Shown here: positions 1 through 10,699 of the stretch, piece by piece
Position numbering within the stretch: position 1 is the first letter of the stretch
How the letters are laid out: every line of letters starts with the position of its first letter
Assembly: GCA_036508975.1 (NCBI GenBank)
Contig: DATCGK010000359.1
Coordinates: 1-43,380, forward strand
DNA length: 43,380 bases
Direction: 5' to 3'
DNA from: Candidatus Limnocylindrales bacterium
Lineage (GTDB): Bacteria; Chloroflexota; Limnocylindria; Limnocylindrales; CSP1-4
Notes under the pieces: generated by a model
Told to the model about the DNA's origin: nothing
Database searches by the model: none
The model's input: only the letters and a program-made list of their open reading frames with translations
Program-made: the position numbers and the translations under genes

Positions 1-136
1 GATCATGCCCGGCGACAACGTCGACATGACCGTCGAGCTGATCACCCCGATCGCGCTCGAAGTCGGCCAGCGGTTCGCGATCCGCGAGGGCGGTCGGACC
101 GTCGGCGCCGGCGCGATCACCAGCATCATCGCGTAG
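1..136 (+). CDS. tuf: Elongation factor Tu, 3' end (partial, runs off the window start)
   Basis: Frame 2 reads [44 protein letters not shown], the canonical EF-Tu C-terminus. TAG at 134-136. It lies directly upstream of rpsJ. Confidence 0.93.
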   Translation, partial: IMPGDNVDMTVELITPIALEVGQRFAIREGGRTVGAGAITSIIA

Positions 137-146
137 CGAGACAGAT

Positions 147-455
147 ATGGCGAAGCAGCGGATCAGAATCCGCCTCAAGGCGTACGACCACCGGCTGCTC
201 GATCAGTCGGCAGCCCAGATCGTCGAGACGGCGCAGCGCACCGGTGCTGACGTCGTCGGACCGGTCCCGCTGCCGACCCGGATCGAGAAGTTCACCGTCC
301 TGCGTTCACCGTTCATCGACAAGGACTCCCGGGAGCAGTTCGAGATCCGCACCCATAAGCGGCTCATCGACATCCTGGACCCCTCGTCGAAGACGGTCGA
401 CGCCCTGATGCGACTCTCGCTTGCTGCGGGCGTCGACATCGAAATCAAGATGTAG
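147..455 (+). CDS. rpsJ: 30S ribosomal protein S10
   Basis: 102 aa, [21 protein letters not shown]...; first gene of the S10 operon order. Confidence 0.98.
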   Translation: MAKQRIRIRLKAYDHRLLDQSAAQIVETAQRTGADVVGPVPLPTRIEKFTVLRSPFIDKDSREQFEIRTHKRLIDILDPSSKTVDALMRLSLAAGVDIEIKM

Positions 456-464
456 GGCGGACCG

Positions 465-1076
465 ATGAGCATTGGGCTGATCGGCCGCAAGGTCGGCATG
501 ACACAGGTCTTCCAACCCGACGGAACCATGGTTGCCGTCTCGGTTGTCCAGGTCACCCCGAACACCGTGACCCGACTGCGCACCGAGGAGCGGGACGGCT
601 ACACGGCCGTCCAGCTGGGTGCGGGCGAGCGCAAGAAGCTGACGAAGCCGCTGGCCGGCCAGCTGAAGGATCTGCCGCGGGTCCGGACCATCCGTGAGTT
701 CCGCCTGGACAGCGCGGACGGCTACACCGTGGGCCAGCGGCTGACGGTCGCCGAGATGTTCGCTGCGGGCGAGCTGGTCGACGTCATCGGCGTCTCGAAG
801 GGCCAGGGCTTCGCGGGCACCGTGAAGCGCCACAACTTCTCGCGGGGTCCCAAGACCCACGGTTCCGACAACTACCGCCGGCCGGGCTCCATCGGCCCCG
901 GCACCACCCCCGGTCGCGTCTACAAGGGCCTCAAGATGGGTGGCCACATGGGACACGAGCGGGTCACGATCAAGAAGCTGCGCGTCGTCCGCGTCGACTC
1001 GGAGCGGAACCTGATCCTCGTGAACGGGTCCGTCCCCGGGGCGCCCGGCGCGCTCACCTTCGTCCGGAAGGCGTGA
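465..1076 (+). CDS. rplC: 50S ribosomal protein L3
   Basis: 203 aa, GLIGRKVGMTQVF...; operon position. Confidence 0.98.
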   Translation: MSIGLIGRKVGMTQVFQPDGTMVAVSVVQVTPNTVTRLRTEERDGYTAVQLGAGERKKLTKPLAGQLKDLPRVRTIREFRLDSADGYTVGQRLTVAEMFAAGELVDVIGVSKGQGFAGTVKRHNFSRGPKTHGSDNYRRPGSIGPGTTPGRVYKGLKMGGHMGHERVTIKKLRVVRVDSERNLILVNGSVPGAPGALTFVRKA

Positions 1077-1717
1077 CGATGCCGCAGACAACTCTCTACG
1101 ACCGGACGGGCGCCACCCTCGGCAGCGTCGACCTCAACGAGGTGCTGTTCGCGGCACCCGTGAACGAGGCCGTCCTCCACCAGGCGGTGGTCGCTCAGCT
1201 GGCCGGGCGCCATCTCGGCACCCATGACACCAAGACCCGCGGCGAGGTCCGTGGCGGCGGCAAGAAGCCGTACCGCCAGAAGGGAACCGGCCGCGCGCGC
1301 CAGGGCACGCGAAGCGCCCCGCACTTCCGCGGCGGCGGCGTGGTCTTCGGCCCGCACCCGCGTTCCTACGACCAGAAGCTGCCCAAGAAGATGCGCCGTC
1401 TGGCGCTCCGCTCGGCGCTGACGGCGAAGCTCGGCGACGACGCGATCCGCGTGGTCGACACGTTCGGCATGGCCGCCGAGCCCCGGACGAAGGTCTTCGC
1501 GGGCATCCTGCAGGCGCTCGGCGCCGGGGATGGCCACGAGCGCCGCGTCCTGGTGGTGGCCCCGGCGAAGGATGAGATGCTCCTCCGCTCGGCCGCCAAC
1601 CTGCCGTCGGTTTCGGTGATCCTGGCCGACTCGCTCAACGTGGTGGACCTGCTCAACGCGGACGCCATCCTGATCGAGCAGCCGGCGCTGGCCCGGATGG
1701 ACGAGGTGTACGCGTGA
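1073..1717 (+). CDS. rplD: 50S ribosomal protein L4
   Basis: 214 aa with [15 protein letters not shown] motif. The GTG start overlaps the rplC TGA (GTGA); ATG at 1079 is an alternative start. Confidence 0.96.
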   Translation: MTMPQTTLYDRTGATLGSVDLNEVLFAAPVNEAVLHQAVVAQLAGRHLGTHDTKTRGEVRGGGKKPYRQKGTGRARQGTRSAPHFRGGGVVFGPHPRSYDQKLPKKMRRLALRSALTAKLGDDAIRVVDTFGMAAEPRTKVFAGILQALGAGDGHERRVLVVAPAKDEMLLRSAANLPSVSVILADSLNVVDLLNADAILIEQPALARMDEVYA

Positions 1718-2028
1718 GCGCGCTGACCGCTGCCGACATCATCCTCCGCCCCGTGATCTCGGAGAAGTCGATCGACGAGTCGGCGCGGGGCAAGTACACG
1801 TTCGCGGTCCATGACAAGGCGAACAAGATCCAGATCAAGGCCGCCGTCGAGGAGCTCTACAGCAAGGAGAAGGTGACCGTGGTCGCCGTCAACGTGCTGA
1901 CCTCGAAGGCGAAGGAGAAGCGGCGGGGCACGAAGCGCGGCCGGATCACCGGCCAAACTTCCGCCTGGCGCAAGGCGATCGTGACCCTGGCCCCCGGCCA
2001 GAAGATCGAGTTCTTCGAGGGGGTGTAG
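1714..2028 (+). CDS. rplW: 50S ribosomal protein L23
   Basis: 104 aa, [10 protein letters not shown]...; GTGA overlap with rplD. Confidence 0.97.
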   Translation: MSALTAADIILRPVISEKSIDESARGKYTFAVHDKANKIQIKAAVEELYSKEKVTVVAVNVLTSKAKEKRRGTKRGRITGQTSAWRKAIVTLAPGQKIEFFEGV

Positions 2029-2030
2029 GA

Positions 2031-2861
2031 ATGCCGCTGCGAAGCTACAAGGCAACGTCACCGGGCCGCCGGTGGATGACTCGCTCGACCTTCGAGGAGA
2101 TCACCACCGACCAGCCCCACAAGCCGCTCCTCGAGCCGATGAAGCGTGGCTCGGGCCGGAACAACCAGGGCCGGCTCACCGTGCGCCATCGCGGCGGCGG
2201 GGAGAAGACCCATTACCGTCGGATCGACTTCAAGCGCGACAAGACCGGCGTGCCGGCCCGCCTCGCGACAATCGAGTACGACCCGAACCGCTCGGCCCGC
2301 ATCGGCCTGCTCCACTACCGGGACGGCGAGAAGCGCTACATGCTCCTCCCGAACGGTCTGAAGGTCGGTGACGTCGTCGTCTCCGGTCCCGATGTCGATG
2401 CCCGGCTGGGGAACGCCCTGCCGATCGCGAACATCCCGCTCGGCACGACCATCCACAACATCGAGCTCGTCCCGGGCAAGGGTGGCCAGATCGTCCGGTC
2501 CGCCGGCACGTCGGCCCAGCTCCTCGCCAAGGAGGGCGACCTGGCCCAGGTCCGGCTTCCGTCGGGCGAGGTGCGCCGGGTGCCGATGCGGTGCATGGCC
2601 ACGATCGGACAGGTCTCGAACGTCGAGCATGAGAACCAGAGCCTCGGCAAGGCCGGACGCGCCCGACACATGGGTCAGCGTCCGGAGGTCCGTGGTGTCG
2701 CGATGACCCCGCGGGACCACCCCCACGGCGGCGGCGAAGGCAAGAGCCCGACGGGCATGCCTCCCAAGACGCCCTGGGGCAAGCCGGCGATGGGCTACCG
2801 GACGCGGCGCGGCAAGGCGACGAGCCGGCTCATCGTCCGCAGCCGTCACCGCAAGGCATAG
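2031..2861 (+). CDS. rplB: 50S ribosomal protein L2
   Basis: 276 aa with [16 protein letters not shown] and HPHGGGEG motifs. Confidence 0.98.
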   Translation: MPLRSYKATSPGRRWMTRSTFEEITTDQPHKPLLEPMKRGSGRNNQGRLTVRHRGGGEKTHYRRIDFKRDKTGVPARLATIEYDPNRSARIGLLHYRDGEKRYMLLPNGLKVGDVVVSGPDVDARLGNALPIANIPLGTTIHNIELVPGKGGQIVRSAGTSAQLLAKEGDLAQVRLPSGEVRRVPMRCMATIGQVSNVEHENQSLGKAGRARHMGQRPEVRGVAMTPRDHPHGGGEGKSPTGMPPKTPWGKPAMGYRTRRGKATSRLIVRSRHRKA

Positions 2862-2875
2862 AGAGGAGCTAGAGC

Positions 2876-3160
2876 ATGTCGCGATCGGTCAAGAAGGGAC
2901 CGTTCGTCCAGCCCCGGCTTCTCGCCCGGGTGCAGGACATGAACAAGCGGAGCGAACGAAAGGTCTTGAAGACCTGGTCGCGCGCGTCCGTCATCTTCCC
3001 CGACTTCATCGGGCACACGATTGCCGTCTACAACGGCAAGAAGCACGTGCCGGTGTACGTCACCGAGAACATGGTCGGACACCGCCTCGGCGAGTTTGCC
3101 CCCACCCGCACGTATCGCGGGCACGGCAAGACCGCCGACCGGTCCGGCGGCCTGCGGTAG
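2876..3160 (+). CDS. rpsS: 30S ribosomal protein S19
   Basis: 94 aa, [10 protein letters not shown]...[17 protein letters not shown]. Confidence 0.98.
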   Translation: MSRSVKKGPFVQPRLLARVQDMNKRSERKVLKTWSRASVIFPDFIGHTIAVYNGKKHVPVYVTENMVGHRLGEFAPTRTYRGHGKTADRSGGLR

Positions 3161-3173
3161 AGGAGCGATAGAC

Positions 3174-3512
3174 ATGCGCGTCTCTGCCACTGCCAAGTAC
3201 CTGCGGGGATCCACGCGGAAGGCCCGTCTCATCACCGAGGCGATCAAGGGCAAGCCCGTGGAGGAAGCTGCTGCGCTTCTGCGGTTCATGCCGCAGGCGG
3301 CCGCGCGCGACGTCGCGCGCGTGCTGAAGAGCGCCACGGCCAACGCCGAGAACAACCTGAACCGGTCGGCCGACGAGCTCATCGTCGCCGACGCGGTCGC
3401 CAACGAGGGCCCGACGATCAAGCGATGGCGCCCGCGGGCCCAGGGTCGGGCCTTCCCGATCCACAAGCCCATGACGCACATCACGGTCGTCGTGGCCGAC
3501 CGGGAGGCCTAG
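3174..3512 (+). CDS. rplV: 50S ribosomal protein L22
   Basis: ATG at 3174 lies inside the longer ORF 3021-3512 (same frame), with GGAG upstream. MRVSATAKYLRGSTRKARL... is a typical L22 N-terminus. Confidence 0.95.
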   Translation: MRVSATAKYLRGSTRKARLITEAIKGKPVEEAAALLRFMPQAAARDVARVLKSATANAENNLNRSADELIVADAVANEGPTIKRWRPRAQGRAFPIHKPMTHITVVVADREA

Positions 3513-3514
3513 GC

Positions 3515-4207
3515 ATGGGACACAAAGTCCATCCGTTCGGCTACCGCCTGGGCTACACCCGAACGTGGACCGCCAAGTGGTACGCCGACAAGGAGTACAC
3601 CACCCTCCTCAAGGAGGACATCTCGATCCGGCAGCTGCTTGACCGGCGGCTGGCGAACGCCAGCGTGAGCGGCGTGGAGATCGAGCGTGGCATCAACCAC
3701 GTGACGGTCGCGATCCACACCGCGAAGCCGGGCATCGTGATCGGCCGCGGCGGCCAGAACGTCGAGATCCTGCGCAAGGAGATCGGCGACCTGACCCGGC
3801 GCAAGGTCAAGCTCGAGATCAAGGAGATCCGCCAGCCGGAGCTCGATGCCTACCTTGTCGCGCTCAACATCGCACAGCAGCTGACCCGCCGCGTCGCCTA
3901 CAAGAAGGCGATGAAGCAGTCCATCCAGCGGTCGATGAAGGCCGGGGCCAAGGGCGTCAAGATCGCTCTTGCCGGCCGCCTCGGTGGCTCCGAGATGGGC
4001 CGCCGCGAGTGGGACCGGGAGGGACGCATCCCGCTCGGCACCCTGCGCGCCGACATCAGCTACGGGCAGGTCCACGCCCACACCACCTACGGGCGCATCG
4101 GCGTCAAGGTCTGGATCTACAAGGGCGAGATCCCCGTGGAGCGCAAGCGCCGTGAGGCAGCTGCCGTTCCCGCCACCGCTGCGGCTGCCGCCGCCCAGGG
4201 GGTGTGA
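3515..4207 (+). CDS. rpsC: 30S ribosomal protein S3
   Basis: ATG at 3515 within ORF 3425-4207. [18 protein letters not shown]... has the KH and S3-C motifs. Confidence 0.96.
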   Translation: MGHKVHPFGYRLGYTRTWTAKWYADKEYTTLLKEDISIRQLLDRRLANASVSGVEIERGINHVTVAIHTAKPGIVIGRGGQNVEILRKEIGDLTRRKVKLEIKEIRQPELDAYLVALNIAQQLTRRVAYKKAMKQSIQRSMKAGAKGVKIALAGRLGGSEMGRREWDREGRIPLGTLRADISYGQVHAHTTYGRIGVKVWIYKGEIPVERKRREAAAVPATAAAAAAQGV

Positions 4208-4211
4208 CGAC

Positions 4212-4649
4212 ATGTTGATGCCGCGACGCGTCAAGCACCGCAAGGTGATGCGCGGCCGGATGTCCGGACAGGCGAAGGGCGGCCATACCGTCGCCTTTGG
4301 CGATTACGGCCTGGCCACCCTCGAGCCGGCCTGGATCACGGCCCGGCAGATCGAGGCCGCCCGGCGCGCGATGACCCGCTCGGTCAAGCGCGGGGGCAAG
4401 ATCTGGATCCGTATCTTCCCGGACAAGCCGGCGACCAAGAAGCCGGCCGAGACCCGCATGGGCTCCGGCAAGGGCGCCCCGGATCACTGGGTTGCCGTCG
4501 TGCGCCCCGGGCGGATCCTGTTCGAGATGGCGGGAGTCGAGCACGAGGCGGCCGTCGAGGCCATGCGTCTCGCTTCCCACAAGCTCCCGGTCGCGACCCG
4601 TGTCGTCGTCCGGGAGACCGCGAAGGAGGTCACCGATGGAGATCGTTGA
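4212..4649 (+). CDS. rplP: 50S ribosomal protein L16
   Basis: ATG at 4212 within ORF 3969-4649; [19 protein letters not shown].... Confidence 0.96.
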   Translation: MLMPRRVKHRKVMRGRMSGQAKGGHTVAFGDYGLATLEPAWITARQIEAARRAMTRSVKRGGKIWIRIFPDKPATKKPAETRMGSGKGAPDHWVAVVRPGRILFEMAGVEHEAAVEAMRLASHKLPVATRVVVRETAKEVTDGDR

Positions 4650-4842
4650 CATCCGGAAGCTCACGGATCACGAGCTGGACGATCGGCTTCGAGAGGCCAA
4701 GCAGGACCTCTGGCAGGCCCGCTTCGCCCTCTCGACCCGCCAGCTGAAGGACTACAGCCAGATCCCGGCGACGCGACGGACGATCGCCCGGATCCTCACC
4801 GTCAAGCGCGAGCGGGCAACCGCGCCGCGCTCGGCGGAGTAG
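4636..4842 (+). CDS. rpmC: 50S ribosomal protein L29
   Basis: ATG at 4636 (GAAGGAGG Shine-Dalgarno (SD) upstream) within ORF 4492-4842; 68 aa, LRE.K..L...RF motif. Confidence 0.94.
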   Translation: MEIVDIRKLTDHELDDRLREAKQDLWQARFALSTRQLKDYSQIPATRRTIARILTVKRERATAPRSAE

Positions 4843-4852
4843 GAGCGTCGGG

Positions 4853-5239
4853 ATGCCCACCGCAGGAGCCACCAACCCCGTGAAGGGACAGCGCAAGACC
4901 AAGACCGGCCGCGTGGTCAGCGACAAGATGGACAAGACGATCGTCGTGTCCATCGAGCGCCTGACCCGCCACCGCCTGTACAAGCGCGTCATGAAGGCCT
5001 CGACCAAGTTCGCGGCCCACGACGAGCTCAACGAGGCGAAGATCGGCGACACGGTCCTCATCGAGGAGTCGCGTCCCCTGTCCGCCACCAAGCGCTGGCG
5101 CCTGGTGTCCATCCTCTCCCGCGCGGGCGAGGAGCGGGCAGGCGAGGTCATCCCGGCCGACGAGGCCGAGACGACCGAAGCGATCCACGCCGCCGCACAC
5201 CCCGGCCGACATGCCGACGGTGAGGAGGGTCAGGCGTGA
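4853..5239 (+). CDS. rpsQ: 30S ribosomal protein S17 with an acidic C-terminal extension of about 40 aa
   Basis: 128 aa. The core [32 protein letters not shown]...RWRLV is followed by a tail rich in E, A and G. Confidence 0.95.
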   Translation: MPTAGATNPVKGQRKTKTGRVVSDKMDKTIVVSIERLTRHRLYKRVMKASTKFAAHDELNEAKIGDTVLIEESRPLSATKRWRLVSILSRAGEERAGEVIPADEAETTEAIHAAAHPGRHADGEEGQA

Positions 5240-5604
5240 TCCAGGCCTCGACGCGCCTCCGCGTCGCCGACAACACCGGGGCCCGCACGATCGAGTGCAT
5301 CCGGATCATGGGCCGCTCGCGGAAGACCGTCGCCGGTATCGGTGACGTGATCATCGCCAGCGTGAAGACCGCGATCCCGAATGCCCCGGTCAAGAAGGGC
5401 GACGTCGTGCGAGCGGTCATCGTCCGCACGTCCAAGGAGATCGGCCGCCCCGACGGCAGCTACATCCGCTTCGACGAGAACGCGGCCGTCCTGATCAACA
5501 ACCAGGGCAACCCCCGCGGCACCCGCATCTTCGGCCCCGTCGCCCGCGAGCTGCGTGACCGGAACTACATGAAGATCGTGTCCCTCGCACCGGAGGTGCT
5601 GTGA
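5236..5604 (+). CDS. rplN: 50S ribosomal protein L14
   Basis: 122 aa, [17 protein letters not shown]...; GTGA overlap with rpsQ. Confidence 0.98.
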   Translation: MIQASTRLRVADNTGARTIECIRIMGRSRKTVAGIGDVIIASVKTAIPNAPVKKGDVVRAVIVRTSKEIGRPDGSYIRFDENAAVLINNQGNPRGTRIFGPVARELRDRNYMKIVSLAPEVL

Positions 5605-6050
5605 TGCCCGACCGGTCGATCGAACACCGGACAAAGGTCCCCGAGATCCGCAAGGGTGACACCGTGGTCGTGCTCGCCGGCAAGGACGCCGGCAAGCGGG
5701 GCAAGGTGGACGAGGTGATCCGCCGGAATCCCTCGCCGTCCCCGGTCCGCTCGGGCTACCGCCGCACGTCGCTCAAGGGTGGCGTCCTGGTGGTGGTCGC
5801 GGGGCTCAACATCGCGCGCAAGCACACCAAGCCGCGCCAGCGCTCGCAGGGCGGCACCATCGGTGGCGGAGTGCCGAGCATCGATCCCGGCGGCATCCTC
5901 GAGCGCGCGATGCCGCTCCCGGTCAGCCGGGTCATGATCGTCTGCGTCCATTGCGACCGCCCGACCCGGGTCGGTCACCGGACGCTCGATAACGGCACCC
6001 GGGTGCGCACCTGCCACCACTGCGGCGAGCCGCTGGAGGTGAAGGCGTGA
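5601..6050 (+). CDS. rplX: 50S ribosomal protein L24, long form with insertions and a C-terminal CxxC...CxxC
   Basis: 149 aa with the KOW core [21 protein letters not shown]. Contains CVHC-x19-CHHC near the C-terminus. Confidence 0.93.
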   Translation: MMPDRSIEHRTKVPEIRKGDTVVVLAGKDAGKRGKVDEVIRRNPSPSPVRSGYRRTSLKGGVLVVVAGLNIARKHTKPRQRSQGGTIGGGVPSIDPGGILERAMPLPVSRVMIVCVHCDRPTRVGHRTLDNGTRVRTCHHCGEPLEVKA

Positions 6051-6589
6051 GCGGGCAGCTGAAGGATCGGTACGCGTCGGAGGCGGTCCCCGCGCTGCAG
6101 AAGCAGTTCGGGTACGTCAATCCGATGCAGGTGCCGCGCGTCGACAAGATCGTCATCAACATCGGCCTGGGCGAGGCCCTCACGAACGCGAAAGCGGTGG
6201 ATGCCGCGGTCGGCGACCTGCAGCTCATCACGGGCCAGAAGCCGATCGTCACCCGCGCCAAGCGGTCGATCGCCCAGTTCCGCGTCCGGACCGGCAACCC
6301 CATCGGCGTGAAGGTCACCCTTCGCGGCGAGCGGATGTGGGACTTCCTGGAGCGCCTCACGCGGCTCGCGCTTCCGCGCATCCGCGACTTCCGGGGCGTG
6401 CCGGGCAAGTCTTTCGACGGGCGTGGCAACTACTCGCTCGGCCTTCGGGAGCAGCTTGCCTTCCCGGAGATCGACTATGACAAGGTGGACCGTCTCCGCG
6501 GGCTGGAAGTCAGCATCGTGACGACGGCGAAGACCGACGAGGAGTCGAAGCGCCTGCTCGAGCTCCTCGGCATGCCCTTCGCCGGCTAG
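6047..6589 (+). CDS. rplE: 50S ribosomal protein L5
   Basis: 180 aa, LKDRY...[16 protein letters not shown].... Confidence 0.98.
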   Translation: MSGQLKDRYASEAVPALQKQFGYVNPMQVPRVDKIVINIGLGEALTNAKAVDAAVGDLQLITGQKPIVTRAKRSIAQFRVRTGNPIGVKVTLRGERMWDFLERLTRLALPRIRDFRGVPGKSFDGRGNYSLGLREQLAFPEIDYDKVDRLRGLEVSIVTTAKTDEESKRLLELLGMPFAG

Positions 6590-6608
6590 GGCGCGGGGAG
6601 GAGTCCAG

Positions 6609-6794
6609 ATGGCCAAGAAGTCCATGATCGCGAAAGCCAAGCGGGAGCCGAAGCACCCTGTGCAGGGCTATCACCGTTGCTACGTGTGCGGCCGCCCGCG
6701 GGCGTACATGCGGCGCTTCGCGCTGTGCCGGATCTGCTTCCGCGAGCGAGCGCTCGTCGGCGAGCTGCCCGGCGTCACGAAGTCGAGCTGGTAA
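6609..6794 (+). CDS. rpsN: 30S ribosomal protein S14, short zinc-binding (type Z) form
   Basis: 61 aa with [20 protein letters not shown] (CxxC...CxxC). Confidence 0.97.
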   Translation: MAKKSMIAKAKREPKHPVQGYHRCYVCGRPRAYMRRFALCRICFRERALVGELPGVTKSSW

Positions 6795-6798
6795 GAAG

Positions 6799-7197
6799 AT
6801 GAACGTCTCCGACCCGATCGCGGACATGCTCACGCGTGTCCGCAACGCGTCCCGGGCACGCCACACGGAGGTCGTCGTCCCCGCCTCGCGCACGAAGCGC
6901 GAGATCGCGCGGATCCTCAAGGAGGAAGGCTTCATCGCCGACGTCCGCGAGGAGCGCGATGGGCCGACGCAGCTCCTGCGCATCCAACTCAAGTATGTCG
7001 ACGGCAAGGTGTCGGTCGTCTCGGGCCTCAAGCGGATCAGCAAGCCGGGCCTGCGCGTCTACGCGCAGAAGACGGACATCCCGCGGGTCCTCGGCGGCCT
7101 CGGCATCGTGATCGTCAGCACGAGCAAGGGGATCATGACGGGCGCCCAGGCCAAGCAGGCGGCGCTCGGTGGCGAGATCCTCGCCTACGTCTGGTAG
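6799..7197 (+). CDS. rpsH: 30S ribosomal protein S8
   Basis: 132 aa, [13 protein letters not shown].... Confidence 0.98.
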   Translation: MNVSDPIADMLTRVRNASRARHTEVVVPASRTKREIARILKEEGFIADVREERDGPTQLLRIQLKYVDGKVSVVSGLKRISKPGLRVYAQKTDIPRVLGGLGIVIVSTSKGIMTGAQAKQAALGGEILAYVW

Positions 7198-7201
7198 CGC
7201 G

Positions 7202-7753
7202 ATGTCCCGCATTGGCCGCCTCCCCATCCCTGTTCCCGCCGGCGTGGACGTCACGTTCGACGGGCGCATCATCACGGTCACGGGCCCCAAGGGGTCCCTG
7301 ACCCGCGAGCTGCCGCCGCGCATCTCGGTCGACCGCGAGGGCGACGTCCTCGTGGCCACCCGGCCGACGGAGAACAAGCTCGACAAGTCGCTCCACGGCC
7401 TGACGCGCACGCTCGTCAACAACATGGTCGTCGGGGTCACCACCGGGTACCGCAAGGGCCTGGAGATCGTCGGCGTCGGCTACCGCGCGCAGAAGGTGGG
7501 CGAGAAGCTCATCCTCGCGCTCGGCTACAGCCACCCGATCGAGATCGAGCCGCCCGCCGGCATCAGCTTCGTGCTCGAGAGCCCCATCCGCCTCGCGGTC
7601 GTGGGCATCGACAAGGAGCTCGTCGGCCAGTACGCCGCCAAGATCCGCGCCACCCGCAAGCCCGAGCCCTACAAGGGCAAGGGTGTCCGGTACGCCGGTG
7701 AGAAGGTCCGCCGCAAGGCCGGCAAGGCCGGCAAGATCGGTGGGAAGAAGTAG
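7202..7753 (+). CDS. rplF: 50S ribosomal protein L6
   Basis: ATG at 7202 in ORF 7169-7753; [17 protein letters not shown].... Confidence 0.96.
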   Translation: MSRIGRLPIPVPAGVDVTFDGRIITVTGPKGSLTRELPPRISVDREGDVLVATRPTENKLDKSLHGLTRTLVNNMVVGVTTGYRKGLEIVGVGYRAQKVGEKLILALGYSHPIEIEPPAGISFVLESPIRLAVVGIDKELVGQYAAKIRATRKPEPYKGKGVRYAGEKVRRKAGKAGKIGGKK

Positions 7754-7755
7754 TC

Positions 7756-8118
7756 ATGACCAAGCTCACGACCCGCACAGCCTCCCGCACCAAGCGCCAC
7801 GAGCGGATCCGCCTCCGCCTCGCGGGGACGGCCTCCCGGCCGCGCCTCGCCGTGTTCCGCAGCCTCAACCACATCTACGCCCAGGTCATCGACGACACCA
7901 GCGGCCAGACCCTGACCGCTGCGTCCTCGCTCGAATCCGGCCTCCGCGGCGCCGAGGGCACGAAGGTGGCAGACGCCAAGCGCGTCGGCCAGCTCGTGGC
8001 CGAGCGCGCGAAAGCGGCCGGCGTGGACAAGGTGGTCTTCGACCGGGCGGGCTTCCAGTACCACGGGCGGGTTCGCTCGCTCGCCGAGGCGGCCCGCGAG
8101 GCCGGCCTCGACTTCTGA
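7756..8118 (+). CDS. rplR: 50S ribosomal protein L18
   Basis: 120 aa, [31 protein letters not shown]. Confidence 0.98.
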   Translation: MTKLTTRTASRTKRHERIRLRLAGTASRPRLAVFRSLNHIYAQVIDDTSGQTLTAASSLESGLRGAEGTKVADAKRVGQLVAERAKAAGVDKVVFDRAGFQYHGRVRSLAEAAREAGLDF

Positions 8119-8129
8119 GAGGACACCCT

Positions 8130-8669
8130 GTGGCCCGCATCGACCCCAACAAGCTCGCGCTCGAGGAGCGCGTCGTCCAGATCAATCGCGTCGCCAAGGT
8201 GCACAAGGGCGGCCGGCGCTTCTCGTTCTCGGCGGTCATCGTCGTGGGCGACGGCAACGGCCACGTCGGCGTCGGCCTGGGCAAGGCCGGCGACGTACCC
8301 GAGTCCATCCGCAAGGGCGTCGAGGATGCCAAGAAGAACATCGTGCGCATCCCGATGGTCGGGACCACGATCCCGCACGAGGTCCGCGAGGAGTACTGCG
8401 CCGCGCGCGTGCTGCTCAAGCCGGCCTCCAAGGGAACCGGCGTCATCGCCGGCGGCGCCGTCCGCGCCGTTGTCGAGGCGGCCGGCATCCGCGACATCCT
8501 GTCCAAGATCCACGGGTCCACCAACCCGGTGAACGTGACCCGGGCGACGCTCAACGCGCTCACCAGCCTCCGGTCCGTCGACGAGCTGTCCCGTCAGCGC
8601 GGCGTGAAGCTTCGCCTCGTCGTGCCCGGCCAGCCGGCTGCCGCGCAGGAGGTGGCCGATGGCCGCTAG
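8130..8669 (+). CDS. rpsE: 30S ribosomal protein S5
   Basis: GTG at 8130 (GAGAGGA SD 6 nt upstream) in the frame of ORF 7683-8669; [19 protein letters not shown].... Confidence 0.94.
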   Translation: MARIDPNKLALEERVVQINRVAKVHKGGRRFSFSAVIVVGDGNGHVGVGLGKAGDVPESIRKGVEDAKKNIVRIPMVGTTIPHEVREEYCAARVLLKPASKGTGVIAGGAVRAVVEAAGIRDILSKIHGSTNPVNVTRATLNALTSLRSVDELSRQRGVKLRLVVPGQPAAAQEVADGR

Positions 8670-8877
8670 GCTTCGCGTCACCCAGACCAGGAGCACGATC
8701 AGCCACATCGCCCGCAACCGGGCGACGATCCGCGCCCTGGGCCTGCATGGGATCGGCAGCTCGTCGATCCTGCCGGACAACCCTGCCGTCCGCGGCATGG
8801 TCCGCCAGGTCCGTTTCCTCGTGACCTTCGAGGAGCTTCCCGAGGCTGCGGACGCGACGACTCCGGAGACGAACTGA
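8659..8877 (+). CDS. rpmD: 50S ribosomal protein L30
   Basis: 72 aa, [25 protein letters not shown]; short acidic tail. Confidence 0.95.
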   Translation: MAARLRVTQTRSTISHIARNRATIRALGLHGIGSSSILPDNPAVRGMVRQVRFLVTFEELPEAADATTPETN

Positions 8878-9416
8878 TGAAGATCCACGACCTCCACCCC
8901 GCCGAGGGGTCGGTCACCAAGCGGACCCGGGTCGGCCGCGGCATCGCCGCCGGCAAGGGCAAGACCGCGGGCCGCGGTACCAAGGGCCAGAAGTCGCGCT
9001 CGGGCGTGTCGATCCCCGCCTGGTTCGAGGGCGGCCAGACGCCGCTCCACATCCGGATCCCGAAGCTCCGTGGCTTCCACAACATCAACGACATCGCGTA
9101 CGAGGTCGTCAACGTCGGCGCGATCAGCGCCGCCGTCGAATCGGGCAAGCTGCCGCAGGAGAAGGGCGCGCCGGTCACGGTCAACGCCGACACCCTGAAG
9201 GCGGCCGGCCTGGTGCGCCGCGACCGGCTCCCGCTCAAGGTGCTCGGCCACGGTGAGGTCGACGCGAAGCTGTTCGTGCTGGCGGATGCCTTCACGAAGA
9301 GCGCCCGCGAGAAGATCGAAGCGGCCGGCGGTACGACCCAGGTCATCGAGATCCCGAGCTCGCCGCTCGCTGCCCTCGGCGTCGAGCCGGCGGGCGACGT
9401 CACCGACAAGGGCTAG
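8877..9416 (+). CDS. rplO: 50S ribosomal protein L15
   Basis: 179 aa, GRGIAAGKGKTAGRGTKGQKSRSG.... Confidence 0.97.
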   Translation: MKIHDLHPAEGSVTKRTRVGRGIAAGKGKTAGRGTKGQKSRSGVSIPAWFEGGQTPLHIRIPKLRGFHNINDIAYEVVNVGAISAAVESGKLPQEKGAPVTVNADTLKAAGLVRRDRLPLKVLGHGEVDAKLFVLADAFTKSAREKIEAAGGTTQVIEIPSSPLAALGVEPAGDVTDKG

Positions 9417-9421
9417 CCCAC

Positions 9422-10699
9422 GTGTTCGAGGCCCTGCTCAACGCGTTCCGGGCGCCGGACCTCCGGCGCCGGATCCTGTATGTCGCCGGGATCCTGCTCG
9501 TCTTCCGGATGCTGGCCCACGTGCCGGTGCCGGGTGTCGACCGTGCCCAGCTCGCGAACTTCCTGGGCAACAGCCCGATCTTCGGGCTGCTCGACCTGTT
9601 CTCGGGCGGTGGCCTGACGAGCTTCTCGGTCGTGGCGCTGGGCGTGAACCCGTACATCAACGCCTCGATCATCATGCAGCTCATGACCGGCGTGGTCCCG
9701 TCGCTGCAGGCCCTCCAGCGCGAGGGCGAGTACGGGCGCACGAAGATCAACCAGTACACGCGGTACCTGTCGGTGCCGATGGCGCTGCTTCAGTCCTACG
9801 GGTTCCTCGCGCTGCTCAACGCGAACCGCGTCCTGTCGACGCCGTTCGACCTCGGGAGCTGGGAGACGATCACCCAGATCGTCACCCTGACCGCGGGCTC
9901 CGTCATCCTGATGTGGCTGGGCGAGCTCATCACCGAGAAGGGCATCGGCAACGGCGTCAGCTTCATCATCTTCGCGGGCATCGTGAGCCGCTCGCCGGGA
10001 GCCCTGACGAGCTTCATCACCAGCCCGGACCTCGCGCGCTTCCTCCTGGTCGCCATCATGGCCGTCGCCGCCGTCGCGGTGATCGTCTTCATCCAGGAAG
10101 GCCAGCGCCGGATCCCAATCCAGTACGCGTCCCGCGTGCGCGGCCGCCGCATGTACCAGGGCGGCCAGACGTTCCTGCCGCTGCGCGTCAACCAGGCCGG
10201 CGTGATCCCGATCATCTTCGCGGTGAGCATCCTGCTGTTCCCGGCCCAGATCGCGAGCTACTTCACCAGCTCGCCCGGGCTCGTGGGCGACATCGCGGCG
10301 GCGATCGTCCGCCTGCTCAGCCAGGGGTCGTGGCTGTACGTCGCCCTGTACTTCCTGCTGACCGTCGGGTTCACCTACTTCTACACGGCGTTCACGTTCA
10401 AGCCGGACGAGACCGCCGAGCAGCTGCGCAAGAACGGCGGCTTCATTCCCGGCATCCGCCCGGGGCGCCCCACGCAGGACTACCTCGCCAAGGTGGTCAC
10501 CCGGATCACGGTCGCCGGCGCCCTCTTCCTGGGCATCGTCGCCGCCGCCCCGCCCTTCATCGGCATGATCCAGCCGGACTTCCGCAATTTCGCGCTGGGC
10601 GGCACGGGCATCCTGATCGTCGTCTCCGTCGTCGTCGAGACGATGAAGCAGCTCGAGGCCCAGCTGCTCATCCGCCAATACGAGGGCTTCATCCGGTGA
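9422..10699 (+). CDS. secY: Preprotein translocase subunit SecY
   Basis: 425 aa, multi-pass membrane protein; PYINASIIMQL and GISFIIFAGI-type motifs; operon position. Confidence 0.97.
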   Translation: MFEALLNAFRAPDLRRRILYVAGILLVFRMLAHVPVPGVDRAQLANFLGNSPIFGLLDLFSGGGLTSFSVVALGVNPYINASIIMQLMTGVVPSLQALQREGEYGRTKINQYTRYLSVPMALLQSYGFLALLNANRVLSTPFDLGSWETITQIVTLTAGSVILMWLGELITEKGIGNGVSFIIFAGIVSRSPGALTSFITSPDLARFLLVAIMAVAAVAVIVFIQEGQRRIPIQYASRVRGRRMYQGGQTFLPLRVNQAGVIPIIFAVSILLFPAQIASYFTSSPGLVGDIAAAIVRLLSQGSWLYVALYFLLTVGFTYFYTAFTFKPDETAEQLRKNGGFIPGIRPGRPTQDYLAKVVTRITVAGALFLGIVAAAPPFIGMIQPDFRNFALGGTGILIVVSVVVETMKQLEAQLLIRQYEGFIR

